A DNA stretch of 64,000 nt from an uncultured Gemmatimonadales bacterium (GTDB lineage Bacteria > Gemmatimonadota > Gemmatimonadetes > Longimicrobiales > RSA9). The notes under the pieces are model-generated. The model was given only the letters and a program-made list of their open reading frames with translations, ran no database searches and was not told the origin of the DNA. The stretch lies in contig CAWCUS010000006.1 of the NCBI GenBank assembly GCA_963798845.1, positions 288,001-352,000 of the forward strand, given 5' to 3'. The translations under genes were made by a program, and so were the position numbers. Positions within the stretch are counted from its first letter, which is position 1. Every line of letters starts with the position of its first letter. Positions 41,145-50,900 of this stretch are shown here, one piece after another.

Positions 41145-42041
41145 TCAGGACGCGAGTCGCTCGAGCAGCTCGCGCATGGCGAGGTCGTGGACGTCCGCAG
41201 AGGCATCCTCCTCCGCCACCTCGCCCGCCGCCTGCGGGGTCTCCAGGATCAGGGGGATGCCCCGGCTGCGAGGGTCGGCGAGAAGCCAGCGGAAGGGCTC
41301 CTCGCCGATCTCACCCTCGCCGATGAGCGCGTGGCGGTCACGATTCGTGCCGAGGCCGTACTGGCTGTCGTTCAGGTGGAAGAAGGACGGCCCCTGCCCC
41401 GTGGCCGCCTGGAACGCGTCCAGCGCCTCCCGCAACCCCGCTTCCGACGACGCGATATCGTAGCCTGCGCTGAAGAGGTGGCAGGTATCCAGGCCGTACC
41501 CGGTTCTCCCCCTGAGCGACGGCGGGACAGCGTCCAGGATCGTTCCCACCTCCTCGGCCGTCCGGCCCACCGTGTTCCCGGCCCCCGCCGTGTTCTCCAC
41601 CCACAGGCACGTGTTCGAAGCCACGCCCTCGAGCGCATTCGTGATCGCTTCGCTCACCAACCCCAGCGCCTGCTCCACGTCTCCCTTCCCCGCGCTCCCG
41701 GGGTGGAAGCAGACGCCGCGCGCGCCGATCGCGCTCGATCGCTCCAGCTCCTTGGCGAGGCCCGCGTGCGCCCGCCCCCTCTTCTCCGGGTCCTGGTTCG
41801 CGGTGTTGAGCACATAGGCGGCATGGACCACCACGTGCGCCGGCGGGATCCCCGTCTCCTCCAGCGCCGCGAGGAACCGCTCCACGCGCTCCTCCCGGAT
41901 GCTCGACCGGTCGCCATAGAACTTCGGGATGGCGGTGAACAGCTGCACGGCGTTCAGACCTGCGGCTTTCGCACGACGCACGGCCATGTCGATCCCACCG
42001 GTATCCACGGTGTGCGCTCCGAAGATGTGTGGCTTCGCCAT
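41145..42041 (-). CDS. nfo: Endonuclease IV
   Basis: GAH, HAAY, FHPG, ENTAG, DTCH, HLNDS, DRH, ILETP. Confidence 0.93.
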   Translation of the reverse strand: MAKPHIFGAHTVDTGGIDMAVRRAKAAGLNAVQLFTAIPKFYGDRSSIREERVERFLAALEETGIPPAHVVVHAAYVLNTANQDPEKRGRAHAGLAKELERSSAIGARGVCFHPGSAGKGDVEQALGLVSEAITNALEGVASNTCLWVENTAGAGNTVGRTAEEVGTILDAVPPSLRGRTGYGLDTCHLFSAGYDIASSEAGLREALDAFQAATGQGPSFFHLNDSQYGLGTNRDRHALIGEGEIGEEPFRWLLADPRSRGIPLILETPQAAGEVAEEDASADVHDLAMRELLERLAS

Positions 42042-42157
42042 TCCGCTCGTCCCCCCTGTTCGCTCGCGCCTCCGCCGCGTCCCCGCTCAGCCCCTTCCGC
42101 CGCCCATCGAATCTCCCCGCGGCGCCGGTCTCCGGCAACCCGGTCCTGGTCCGTGCG

Positions 42158-43960
42158 TCAACGCGCGGTGGTGATCCCGGGAAGGCTCGGCAGGAGCAGG
42201 CCGTCTCCCACGGTGTACCCGCTCGGCAGGTCGATGGGGAGGCGTCCGGTGATCGGCGACGCTCCGGCGAGCGCCGCGGCGACCGCGCGCTGGCTCGGTG
42301 GCTCCCGGTCCCAGGCCAGGAGATAGGTGCGTGCATCCGGGAGCTGGCGGAGAAGGTAGGGATCCCCGAACGACACCACCGGGGCCCCCGCTCCGGCAAG
42401 CTCGTTCCCCAGCACTCCGATCTCGGCCGGCAGCCCGAGCTCGCCCTTGCCCGGCACCGCACGCACGAAGCTGGCGAAGAGCACGAGATCGGCGTGCTGC
42501 GAGAGCCGTCGCACCCGACCCATGTCCGCCGCTTCCGAGCGCCTCGATAGCCGCAGGGTCAGGACCCGCCCGCCGCGCTCCTGCAGGGCACGTTCCAGCT
42601 CCAGACCCGTGTCTCTGCGCACGTGGTCGTCGTAGATCACGAGCAGCACGGCTCGTCCCCGCGTCCGCGCCGGCAGGGCTCCAGGCTCACCTCTCACCAG
42701 CGTGAGCGACCGCTCCGCCATTCGCCGGCTCCACTCCGCGTTCGCCGCGTGCACGCCATCGCCCCCGAGCGCGGTAGGATTCTCAGATCGCGCCATCCTC
42801 AGCCCGGCCGCAGCCTTCGCGCTGAGGACCCGGCGGACCGACTCGTCGATCCGCGCCTCCGTGAGCCGTCCTGCTCGCACCGCCCGCACCACCGCGTCGA
42901 CCGTCCGCCGCTCCCCCGGCGGCATCAGCAGGATGTCCGCCCCCGCCCTGAGCGCCGCCACCGCCACCTGCCCGGTCGAGCCCTGGCGCTTCAGCGCGTC
43001 CATGTAGAGGGCATCGGTCACCACCAGCCCACGGAACCCGAGCTCTCCCCGGAGCACGCCCTCGATGATCGGCGGCGCCAGCGTCGCCGGCCTCAGCTTG
43101 CCATCGGGATCCAGCGCGGGAACGGCGAGGTGCGCTGTCATGATCCCGTCCACGCCTGCGTCGATCGCCGCCCGGAACGGCGTCAGCTCCACCCGCTCCA
43201 TCCGATTGCGATCCGCCCGCAGCACCGGGAGCGCCAGGTGAGAATCCGTCTCCGTGTCGCCATGACCAGGGAAGTGCTTCGCCACCGTGAGCAGGCCGGC
43301 GGCCTTCGCCCCCCGGACGAACTCTGCCACCCGCTCCGCCACCTCGACGGCATCGCTGCCGTACGATCGCGTGTTGATGACCGGGTTGTCCGGGTTCACG
43401 TTCACGTCCGCCACCGGCGCGAACGTCATGTGCACGCCCGCGGCCCTCGCCTCCTCCGCCGTGATGCGGCCGGCCTCCCGCGCGTACGACGGCGGCCCCG
43501 CCGCCGCGAGCGCCATGTTGATCGGGATCATCGTCTCGCCCAGAAGCCGCATACCAGCCCCCCACTCCAGGTCCGCGGCGATCAGCAGCGGGACGCCCGT
43601 CTCGCCCTGCAGCTCGTTCAGCCACGCGGCCGTCGCCCTGGCAGCGCCGGTACCCACGATGAAGCCGCCGACCTTCTCCTCCCGTACGAGTCGCAGCGCA
43701 CGCTCCCGCTCGGCGCTCCCCTGCGCTGGATTCCCTCCCTCCAGCCACGCCAGCACCAGCTGTCCCACCTTTTCGCGCAACGTCAGGCTGGCGAGGACCG
43801 AGTCGACCCAGGCTACGTCCTGCACGGACCGTGGCCTGGCCTCGCTGGTTTCCGCCGCGGCGGATGGAGACGGACGAGCAATCAGCGCCGACGGCGCGCC
43901 GGTCTGGGCAAACGCCACTACGAGCCCGAGAACGGTGCCGGTGAGCGTCATCGCTGCCAT
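42158..43960 (-). CDS. GH3 beta-N-acetylhexosaminidase-like protein
   Basis: LTLREKVGQ, ADLEWG, APVADVN, RSYG, KHFPGHG.T..DSH, MTAH, VTDAL. Confidence 0.92.
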   Translation of the reverse strand: MAAMTLTGTVLGLVVAFAQTGAPSALIARPSPSAAAETSEARPRSVQDVAWVDSVLASLTLREKVGQLVLAWLEGGNPAQGSAERERALRLVREEKVGGFIVGTGAARATAAWLNELQGETGVPLLIAADLEWGAGMRLLGETMIPINMALAAAGPPSYAREAGRITAEEARAAGVHMTFAPVADVNVNPDNPVINTRSYGSDAVEVAERVAEFVRGAKAAGLLTVAKHFPGHGDTETDSHLALPVLRADRNRMERVELTPFRAAIDAGVDGIMTAHLAVPALDPDGKLRPATLAPPIIEGVLRGELGFRGLVVTDALYMDALKRQGSTGQVAVAALRAGADILLMPPGERRTVDAVVRAVRAGRLTEARIDESVRRVLSAKAAAGLRMARSENPTALGGDGVHAANAEWSRRMAERSLTLVRGEPGALPARTRGRAVLLVIYDDHVRRDTGLELERALQERGGRVLTLRLSRRSEAADMGRVRRLSQHADLVLFASFVRAVPGKGELGLPAEIGVLGNELAGAGAPVVSFGDPYLLRQLPDARTYLLAWDREPPSQRAVAAALAGASPITGRLPIDLPSGYTVGDGLLLPSLPGITTAR

Positions 43961-44086
43961 TCGCTTGATTTGGAGTGAGTGCGGGCGGCCTTCACAGACT
44001 CGCCCGTCAATTCTTGCTAATGGCTCGAATGCCCGCAAGTTCCACGTTTGCCGATGCTTCCGACTCCCGCCTGCCGCGCCACACCC

Positions 44087-44115
44087 TTGACAGTACGACC
44101 TATCATGACCACCTT
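44087..44115 (+). promoter_or_regulatory. Candidate sigma-70 promoter TTGACA-N17-CACCTT
   Basis: Perfect -35 at 44087-44092, 17-bp spacer, weak -10 keeping the A and final T. Confidence 0.4.
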
Positions 44116-44253
44116 ACGCGTGACCTCCCAGTCAGCCTTGTGACACCCGGCGGCGCGGGTTTTGCCGGCGGCTTCCCGCCGGCTTGGTATCCGTCCGCTG
44201 GTGTTCCTTTGTCGGAGACGGTCGAGAACGTGGAAGGCACGACGACGAAGTCG

Positions 44254-45024
44254 ATGGGCACCTTCAACGTGTCCGGAGAGGCAGAGGCGCTCATTCGCTG
44301 CCTCACGGGGGTCGTCCATGCCTCCGTTCACGCCGGCATCGGCGGCATCGAGGCCATCCGCGTCACGGCGGCCGACGAGATGAGCGCCCGCGCCATGCCC
44401 GACCGGATCCGCTCCGCCCTACTCGCCGGCCTCGCCACCCCTGTGCTCCCCGGGCGCATTTTCGTCCGCACGTTACCCCAAACTGCCAGTGATTCCGAGC
44501 AGGGCGACGACGCGGCCGCCACACGCTCACCGGGACCCTGTGACCGTGGACCCCGCCTCGTCGCGACGTCCACCCTCCTTGGACAGGACCCGGCGACGGC
44601 CGCATTTCCGGAGCTCGGCGGGATCGCCACGGAAGTCATGCGCAGGGCACCAGACTATATCGCGCGGCCACACCTCGTCGCCGTGGACCTCGATCGCCCC
44701 GGTGACGGACGCGTCGTCTGCTGCGTTTCCGTCGCCTACGGCGCCCACGTCCACCGCGCCGAGGCCACGGCCATCGATCTCCCCGGGGCCGCAGCACAGG
44801 CCGCCGCACAGGCCACCGTCGGCGCCCTCGTCGACGCCGGCCTCGAAGGCCTCGAGCTCGGCGGGCTCCGGGAGGTCGAGATCGCCGGACGCGACTACGT
44901 CCTCGTCGCTCTCCGGCGCACCGACACCTGTCCAAGACACCGCTCCGGGAGCGCACTGGTCCTGGAATCACCGGAGCGAGCCGCCGCTCGAGCAACCGTG
45001 GCCGCGGCCAACGAGATCCTTTGA
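44254..45024 (+). CDS. Hypothetical protein (two alpha/beta domains joined by a low-complexity linker)
   Basis: MGTFNVSGEAEALIRCLTGVVHASV...IRSALLA; C-terminal AAAQATVGAL...SGSALV...AAARATVAAAN. Start uncertain. Confidence 0.7.
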   Translation: MGTFNVSGEAEALIRCLTGVVHASVHAGIGGIEAIRVTAADEMSARAMPDRIRSALLAGLATPVLPGRIFVRTLPQTASDSEQGDDAAATRSPGPCDRGPRLVATSTLLGQDPATAAFPELGGIATEVMRRAPDYIARPHLVAVDLDRPGDGRVVCCVSVAYGAHVHRAEATAIDLPGAAAQAAAQATVGALVDAGLEGLELGGLREVEIAGRDYVLVALRRTDTCPRHRSGSALVLESPERAAARATVAAANEIL

Positions 45025-45231
45025 CCGCCGCCGAGGCGACAGCACGGAACAACGCACCTGAACTCGATGCCTACGGGCTTATAGAGAGTCAGCAAGGAGA
45101 CAATCTGAACTAACGGAGCCCCCCGCCGGCGGAATTCGTCACAACTCAGCGGAGCCTGCAGTACCTAGCGGAGCGCTCGCGGCCGAATAGCGGACAACGG
45201 CCGACGCCACGCTGAAAGGAGGTGACGCTGC

Positions 45232-45303
45232 ATGACTGACATGATCTTCCGGATGATCGAGGCCGTCGCCGCGCTCGTTAGCGCTGGACACCTCGTCATC
45301 TAG
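45232..45303 (+). CDS. Small hydrophobic peptide MTDMIFRMIEAVAALVSAGHLVI (23 aa), below the ORF-track cutoff
   Basis: AAAGGAGGTGA at 45215-45225, 6 nt before ATG; mostly G/C-ending codons; stop is 2 nt before the first ATG of the HD-GYP ORF. Confidence 0.75.
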   Translation: MTDMIFRMIEAVAALVSAGHLVI

Positions 45304-45305
45304 TT

Positions 45306-46673
45306 ATGAAAGCGGGGGCTCCGCTCCTTTCTATGAAGTCGCTAAACACGTACTTCGCCTCCGTCTGTGTGGCCGCAGTTGTATTTGCGGCCACCTTGGA
45401 CTGGAGCATCTTACTCGGCCTGTCAAGCCGAGACTGGACGGGACTGGGGGCATTTCTGTTCCTCGCGGTCTTGTCACAAGCTCTGGCGGTTGATTCCACG
45501 CTCGGAGCGAACAAACCCGTCAAATCGTCTATCGCGTTTCTCCCCCTGCTTGCGTTGGCCGTGGTGATGCCGGTACCTGCCGTCGTCTTGGCGACCGCAA
45601 GTATGACGGCCGTGCATGAAGTCTTCTTTCGGGAACGAAATTGGCTTCGAGCCGCGTTCAACACGGCACAAACCGGCATTTCGTACGGGGTCGCAGCAGT
45701 TGTCTTTGGAGTGATTGCTCGAGCTTCGGGCCTGAGCCCAGAACTTGGTGCACCCGTTGACGTTGCCAATCTGTTCTTCCCGTTCTACGGATTGGCAGTC
45801 ACGTTTTTCCTTCTGAACCTCCTTTTCGTCAGTGCTGGCGTCGCAATACGCCAATCGCAGCCGATTCAAGCAGTGCTGCAAGAGGCAATAGGCCGCGGCG
45901 GCGGCAATCTTGTCTACGATTTGTTGGCCAGCCCGATCGCTCTCTTCGCGGCGTATTTGTACGAAGCTTTCTATATGGGCGGCTTGTTCATTGCGGTCCT
46001 ACCTTTCTTTATCATCAGGCATTCGTACCTATCCGCGATTCAGCTCAAACAGGCAAATAACGATCTATTGCACGTATTGGTCAAAGCCATTGAGACGCGC
46101 GACCCCTACACCTCAGGGCATTCGCTGCGAGTGTCGACGCTGGCGCAGATGATTGCTGCGGACTGGGGGCTGCGACCTGGTGCAATCGAGAATGTGAAGA
46201 CGGCGGCATTGCTCCACGACATCGGGAAGATTGATGCGCTCTACGCCGAGATCATCGCCAAGAGAGCGGAACTCACGGAAGAAGAACGCAGGGTCATTCG
46301 AACCCACGCTACCAAAGGTGCAGACCTTCTCCAATCCCTCACTTCACTCGACAAAGATGTGATCGTTGGAGTTCGCCACCATCACGAGCATTACAATGGG
46401 TCAGGCTACCCTGAGGGGCTAAACGGAAAGAGCATTCCGCTCGCCGGTCGCATCATCATGATTTGTGACTCCGTGGACGCGATGCTCTCTGACCGTCCCT
46501 ATCGTAACGCCCTCCCGGTTAGCGCGGTCCGCGCGGAATTGCGCCGATGTGCGGGGACCCAGTTCGATCCGGAACTGGTCGAGACAATCCTCAGGAACAA
46601 TACTCTTGAGCGTGCAGAAGTTCTCGTAGACCGCGGTGGGGCCAAGGCCGCTCTAAAGGCGATCGCCGTCTAG
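45306..46673 (+). CDS. Membrane-bound HD-GYP phosphodiesterase (multi-TM N-terminal sensor)
   Basis: About 6-7 TM segments, then RDPYTSGHS, LLHDIGK, HHHEHYNGSGYPEGL, CDSVDAMLSDRPY, GTQFDP. Start 45306 or 45333; low GC. Confidence 0.93.
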   Translation: MKAGAPLLSMKSLNTYFASVCVAAVVFAATLDWSILLGLSSRDWTGLGAFLFLAVLSQALAVDSTLGANKPVKSSIAFLPLLALAVVMPVPAVVLATASMTAVHEVFFRERNWLRAAFNTAQTGISYGVAAVVFGVIARASGLSPELGAPVDVANLFFPFYGLAVTFFLLNLLFVSAGVAIRQSQPIQAVLQEAIGRGGGNLVYDLLASPIALFAAYLYEAFYMGGLFIAVLPFFIIRHSYLSAIQLKQANNDLLHVLVKAIETRDPYTSGHSLRVSTLAQMIAADWGLRPGAIENVKTAALLHDIGKIDALYAEIIAKRAELTEEERRVIRTHATKGADLLQSLTSLDKDVIVGVRHHHEHYNGSGYPEGLNGKSIPLAGRIIMICDSVDAMLSDRPYRNALPVSAVRAELRRCAGTQFDPELVETILRNNTLERAEVLVDRGGAKAALKAIAV

Positions 46674-46759
46674 ATCGTCCCGACAAGCCATTGCGCTGAG
46701 TTCTCTCCGCCCCACTGTTGAAGGGGATGCAGCGCCAGACCAATGAGGACCAAGTCCAT
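46670..46759 (-). CDS. Possible 29-aa peptide MDLVLIGLALHPLQQWGGENSAQWLVGTI
   Basis: ATG at 46759; TAG overlaps the HD-GYP stop; GAGGTG lies 13 nt upstream (long spacing). Confidence 0.25.
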   Translation of the reverse strand: MDLVLIGLALHPLQQWGGENSAQWLVGTI

Positions 46760-46881
46760 GCCGGATTTGTAACACCTCGGTCTTCAAGCCTCTCCCAACG
46801 AAACCCGGGGGCATCAATGCTGCGCAATTGCCGTTTGCTTCAGCTCAAGCTCAGAAGTTGTTGTCGGTAAGCGCCACAGCC

Positions 46882-49800
46882 ATGGACGCTGAGACCACAA
46901 GCCTTCTGATGCTGGGTCCACCGAGCATACAGACGGGGTCGAATTCTGTGCGTCTGTCAGTTAAGGAAATTGCCGTTCTAATATTTCTCGCCGAAGAAGG
47001 GCCGCAGTTGAGAGAGACCATCTCTCAACTACTCTGGCGTGGCAATCCTGCAACTGCCCGACACAGCCTTAGCCAGGCCATCTACAGCATTCGCCGGAAA
47101 CTTGGGCAATCCAGTATCACAGGTGATGCTAATCGGATCGCTCTCGACCGAATCTCCACCGACTTGGAGGAGTTCCGGGTTTCTATTCAACGGGAGGATT
47201 GGCGATCCGCCTCCCTCCTTTTCCGCGGTGAAGTTGGAAGTGGCATAGAGAACTCCCTCCCAGACCAGTTCCAAGATTGGCTTTGGATCACTCGCACGGC
47301 ATACCGGCACCAAGCGGATATCGTCCTGGAAGGGCTCCAACTGGACGGCCTGCGCCACGAGACGGAACGCTTGGCTACCATTCTGCTGCGGAGTGACTCT
47401 TCTGACGAGAATGCACAGCGGACGCTCAGGTGGGCCACCTCGCGATCAGTGGAGTTGGATTCGGATGCGGATCAGAATCGGGAAGCGACACTAGGGCGGC
47501 GTCTACCGTTTGTGGGACGTGCCGGCGAAATGGCGAGCTTGGCGCACCTCGCAGGTGAGTGTGCGCGCGGACGTTTTGCCGGCGTCGCAATTCTCGGTGA
47601 AGCAGGAGTCGGCAAGACAGCTCTGTTGAACCGATTTGCGCGCCTCCAAGCACTGAAAGGTGCCAAAGTTCTGTCGGCCACGGCATACGACGCCGAAAGC
47701 AAGCTACCTTTCGGCGTCGTCACGCAGTGGGCTCGTGACGCCATGCAAGGTGCCGGAGGCGATGACAACGGTGTGATTGCTCCAGAGGAAGGCTTGCGGC
47801 GTCTGTTCGCGGGGGACCCACACGAGCAGTCAGGCGTCGAGGATTGGGACCGATTCCGCTTCTTGGAGGCTTTAAGGGGGCAGGCGTTGTCGTTGTGCCG
47901 AGACCGCCTGGTTCTACTGATTGTGGACGATGCACAATTCGCCGACGCCGCGTCTTTGGGTTTCTTACACCACATGGCCCGAAGGAGCCCAAGCGCTCAG
48001 ATTATGGTGGTCGCTGCTGTACGAACCAATGGGAATGACACTAACACGACTCTCTCTGAATGGCTTCCCTTTGAACGCGTATTGCTGCAACCGTTGTCAG
48101 AACAGCACGTAGCGGAGATGCTTAAGCGGATTGACGGCAGTGACGACCAGGGTCCTTTCGATCCCGACCTCATATACCAGAAGACGGCCGGCAACCCTCT
48201 CTTGATCGCGTCAGTTGTCTTTGGCCGCCAGAACGCCAATGGAGCAGCATCGCCATCGGCCGCCACCGAATTTTTCCTCCCCCACATACGCGGCCTAAGT
48301 CGTGCTGGTCGTCGGCTCTTGGCGGCGCTATCGGTCGCTGGGGAACCCATAGCCCTGACGCTGGCAGCGCAGATAGCGGGGCTGAGTCCAGCGGCGGCCG
48401 CGTCTGAAGCCGCAGAAGAATTGGAACGAGCTGGGCTAGCGTCGCGTGACCCAGAAGGCATTCGCCCGAGACATAACCTCGTTGCCAATGCAGCGCTAAG
48501 CGAGATTACCCCCGCCGAACGGAGGGGGCTGTACGGACGCGCGGCCAACATCTATGCGAGACTGGAACGCGCATCCCCGGCAATGCTAGCAATCCGCCAC
48601 GACATCGCTGGAGACCGATCGTCGGCATTTCAGGCCGCCCTTGGCGCCGCCAGCACGAGCCGAGGAGCTCCACGCCCATCGTGAGCAGGAGTTCTTCCTG
48701 AAGCTCGCCTTGCACAACGCGCCAGACGGAGAGGAAGCCGGTGTGTTGCGTTCAGGTAGGCGATCTGTTGGTCAGGTCTGAGCGCCGGCGAGAAGCTCAG
48801 AGATCTCGACGCAATGGATGGGCACGTGTTGTCGGACGGAACTATCGCCAAGAATGAGGCGTTGGAGCTCCTGCTGGCTTTGTCATCCGCCAAAGACGAC
48901 GGCATAATTGATCGTGCGCTCCCCACAATTGCGGAGTTAAGCAAGCGCCGCCCTTGCGTGGACGGCCGAGCTGTACATTGAATTGGGAGCTGTCGCTCAC
49001 GATTTTCCGCATGGAAGCGGCGGTCGCTGCTGCGCGATGCTGCCTTAAGGCGTGCAGCGGATATCCCCAGACAGCGGCGTTGGCCGCATTTCGGCCAAGG
49101 CGTGACCATTGTGGGCACATACGTCGGCTACGAAAAGGCCTGAACGAAATCAAGAAATGGATGAAGACGGCCGAAGATCGCTCCCGAAAACAACGCAGCA
49201 TTACTCATCTCCCGCGGTCAATTGTGCATGTTTGCGCAGGCCGCCTTATGGAAGCTGAAAAGGCCCTATCCGAAGCATTGGGCCTGGTTGAGCAGATTGG
49301 GCTTTATGGTCAGCTCTTTTCGGTCCATAACAATATCGGGGTTTGTTACATGGAGAGCGGGAAAATCTCACACGCCCTCACCCATTTCCAGCATGCCTTT
49401 GCGCTTGCGCGAGGAAGGCATGGCCCAGGACACGCGCCAATCGTTGACGACAATTACGCGCAGTTCCTTTTTCATCGGGGGGACCACGAGGAAGCGATCA
49501 CCTATTGTCGCTCAGCATTGGCTTCGGGAGGAGATCACTTCAGTAGGGGATTTCCTCTCCCAGACACGCCATTGTCGGCCTTTCTTGCCTCCAGCTTGGG
49601 CGGATTGCGGCGGCGCAGGAAACCCGCCGAGAAATTGAGATCACGCTCGCTGGGCAGGAATATCGAGGCGGCGACATCTCCTACGTGGAGATCTTTCTCG
49701 CGCGGATGCTGATGCTGGAGGGGCGGGCGGACGAGGCGAAGGCGCGGCTGGCGGCAGCCATCCGCGCCTATGCGCCCCGCGAGGAGCTGGCGTCCGCCCG

Positions 49801-49957
49801 CATGGAGCTGGAGCTGTCCCGGATCGAGCTGCGCGATCAGCCTGCGGCGGCGGCCGAGCGTGCGGAGAGAGTCCTGGACCGGCTGCAGGGATCCGGCGCG
49901 GTTCCGCTCATCGAGACGGCGGAGAGCCTGATCCACCGCGCCCTCAGCCGGGTCTAG
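46882..49957 (+). pseudogene. SARP/BTAD-like wHTH + AAA (STAND-like) ATPase + TPR regulator, broken by several frameshifts after about 48660
   Basis: N-terminal RETISQLLW...ARHSLSQAIYSIRRKLG; FVGRAGE, GEAGVGKT, LIVDDAQFAD, TAGNPL. TPR-like pieces continue in other frames (EELHAHREQEFFLKLAL; HNNIGVCYMESG; EIFLARMLMLEG to stop 49957). Confidence 0.75.
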
Positions 49958-50712
49958 AGCAGCCCTTCTCGACGTAGCCAGGCCTCGACGATCCACTCCC
50001 AGCCCAGGTGATCGCGGACGAAGGAGGGGCGGTATCCGATCAGCCGGTTCATGGAGTTGCTCATCGTGAACCCGTCCGGGTACCCGAACCGCGCGGCGAC
50101 GCGGTTGATGTTGGCTCGGGTGTTCTGCAGGTGGATGGACGCATGCAGCAGTCGGGCGAATTGCAGCCAGTGGGACGGCACCGGCAGTCCGCGCTCGCGG
50201 AAGAAGCGGCCAAGCGTCCTGCGGGACTGGCAGAGCTCGCCCGCCAGACGCTCGATACTGTGCACCTGAGGCGCCCGGGCGAAGATCGTGAAGATCCGGT
50301 CCCGCACATCGGCCGCCGCCACTACGCCGGCGAGGTCCAGGTAGTCCGCCACGGCCAGCGGCAGCGAGCCCGGCGGGGTGCCCAGGAGCGTGCGAAGCGC
50401 AGCCATCGTTCCCCGTCCGCCGGTCGGCAGGACGCCTCGCGGCCGGAGCTCAGGGACGTGCCGCAGCACCGGCACGACCGGAGCAATGTCCTCGGGCTCC
50501 GGCAAGACCACGAACAGGGGCAGTGATCTCGGCTTTTCCACGACCCAGTCGAGCTCGGCCCACAGCGCTCCCACGGCTTTCATGAACCACACGACCGACG
50601 CTCCCGGCTGCGGCGCCGGGTCCGCCGGGATCGCCGGCTCGATCCGCTCGAAGGTATAGTACGGAGGCCGGAACAGGTGGAGACCGGACGGGATCTGCGA
50701 CTGGGCATTCAT
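49954..50712 (-). CDS. AraC-family transcriptional regulator
   Basis: RBS CAGGAGG; SIERLAGELCQSRRTLGRFF, INRVAARFGYPDGFTMSNSM..LIGYRPS. Confidence 0.88.
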   Translation of the reverse strand: MNAQSQIPSGLHLFRPPYYTFERIEPAIPADPAPQPGASVVWFMKAVGALWAELDWVVEKPRSLPLFVVLPEPEDIAPVVPVLRHVPELRPRGVLPTGGRGTMAALRTLLGTPPGSLPLAVADYLDLAGVVAAADVRDRIFTIFARAPQVHSIERLAGELCQSRRTLGRFFRERGLPVPSHWLQFARLLHASIHLQNTRANINRVAARFGYPDGFTMSNSMNRLIGYRPSFVRDHLGWEWIVEAWLRREGLL

Positions 50713-50900
50713 CGTGTCCTCCTGGGGTGGCGTCGCTGGGGCTGCCCGCATATTCGCGCGCGGGTATCATCGGGGTGTCAAAGCCCAGCGGCCGCGCCTC
50801 CGCTCCATCCTTGACGCCGACGCGGGGATCGCCGACCGGAGAAATGTGGAACGGTTCTTCCCACATCCATTTCCGGATCGACGGCCTTCATGGAGGCGCG

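Noticed and set aside
45025..45231. Known c-di-GMP-I/II or c-di-AMP riboswitch upstream of the HD-GYP gene
   Set aside because: The conserved cores (e.g. GGCAAACC...GAAA...GACGCAAAG for class I) could not be matched by eye; an Rfam scan is needed to exclude it fully.
45304..49680. Prophage, ICE or IS element
   Set aside because: No integrase, transposase or phage gene and no evident terminal or direct repeats.
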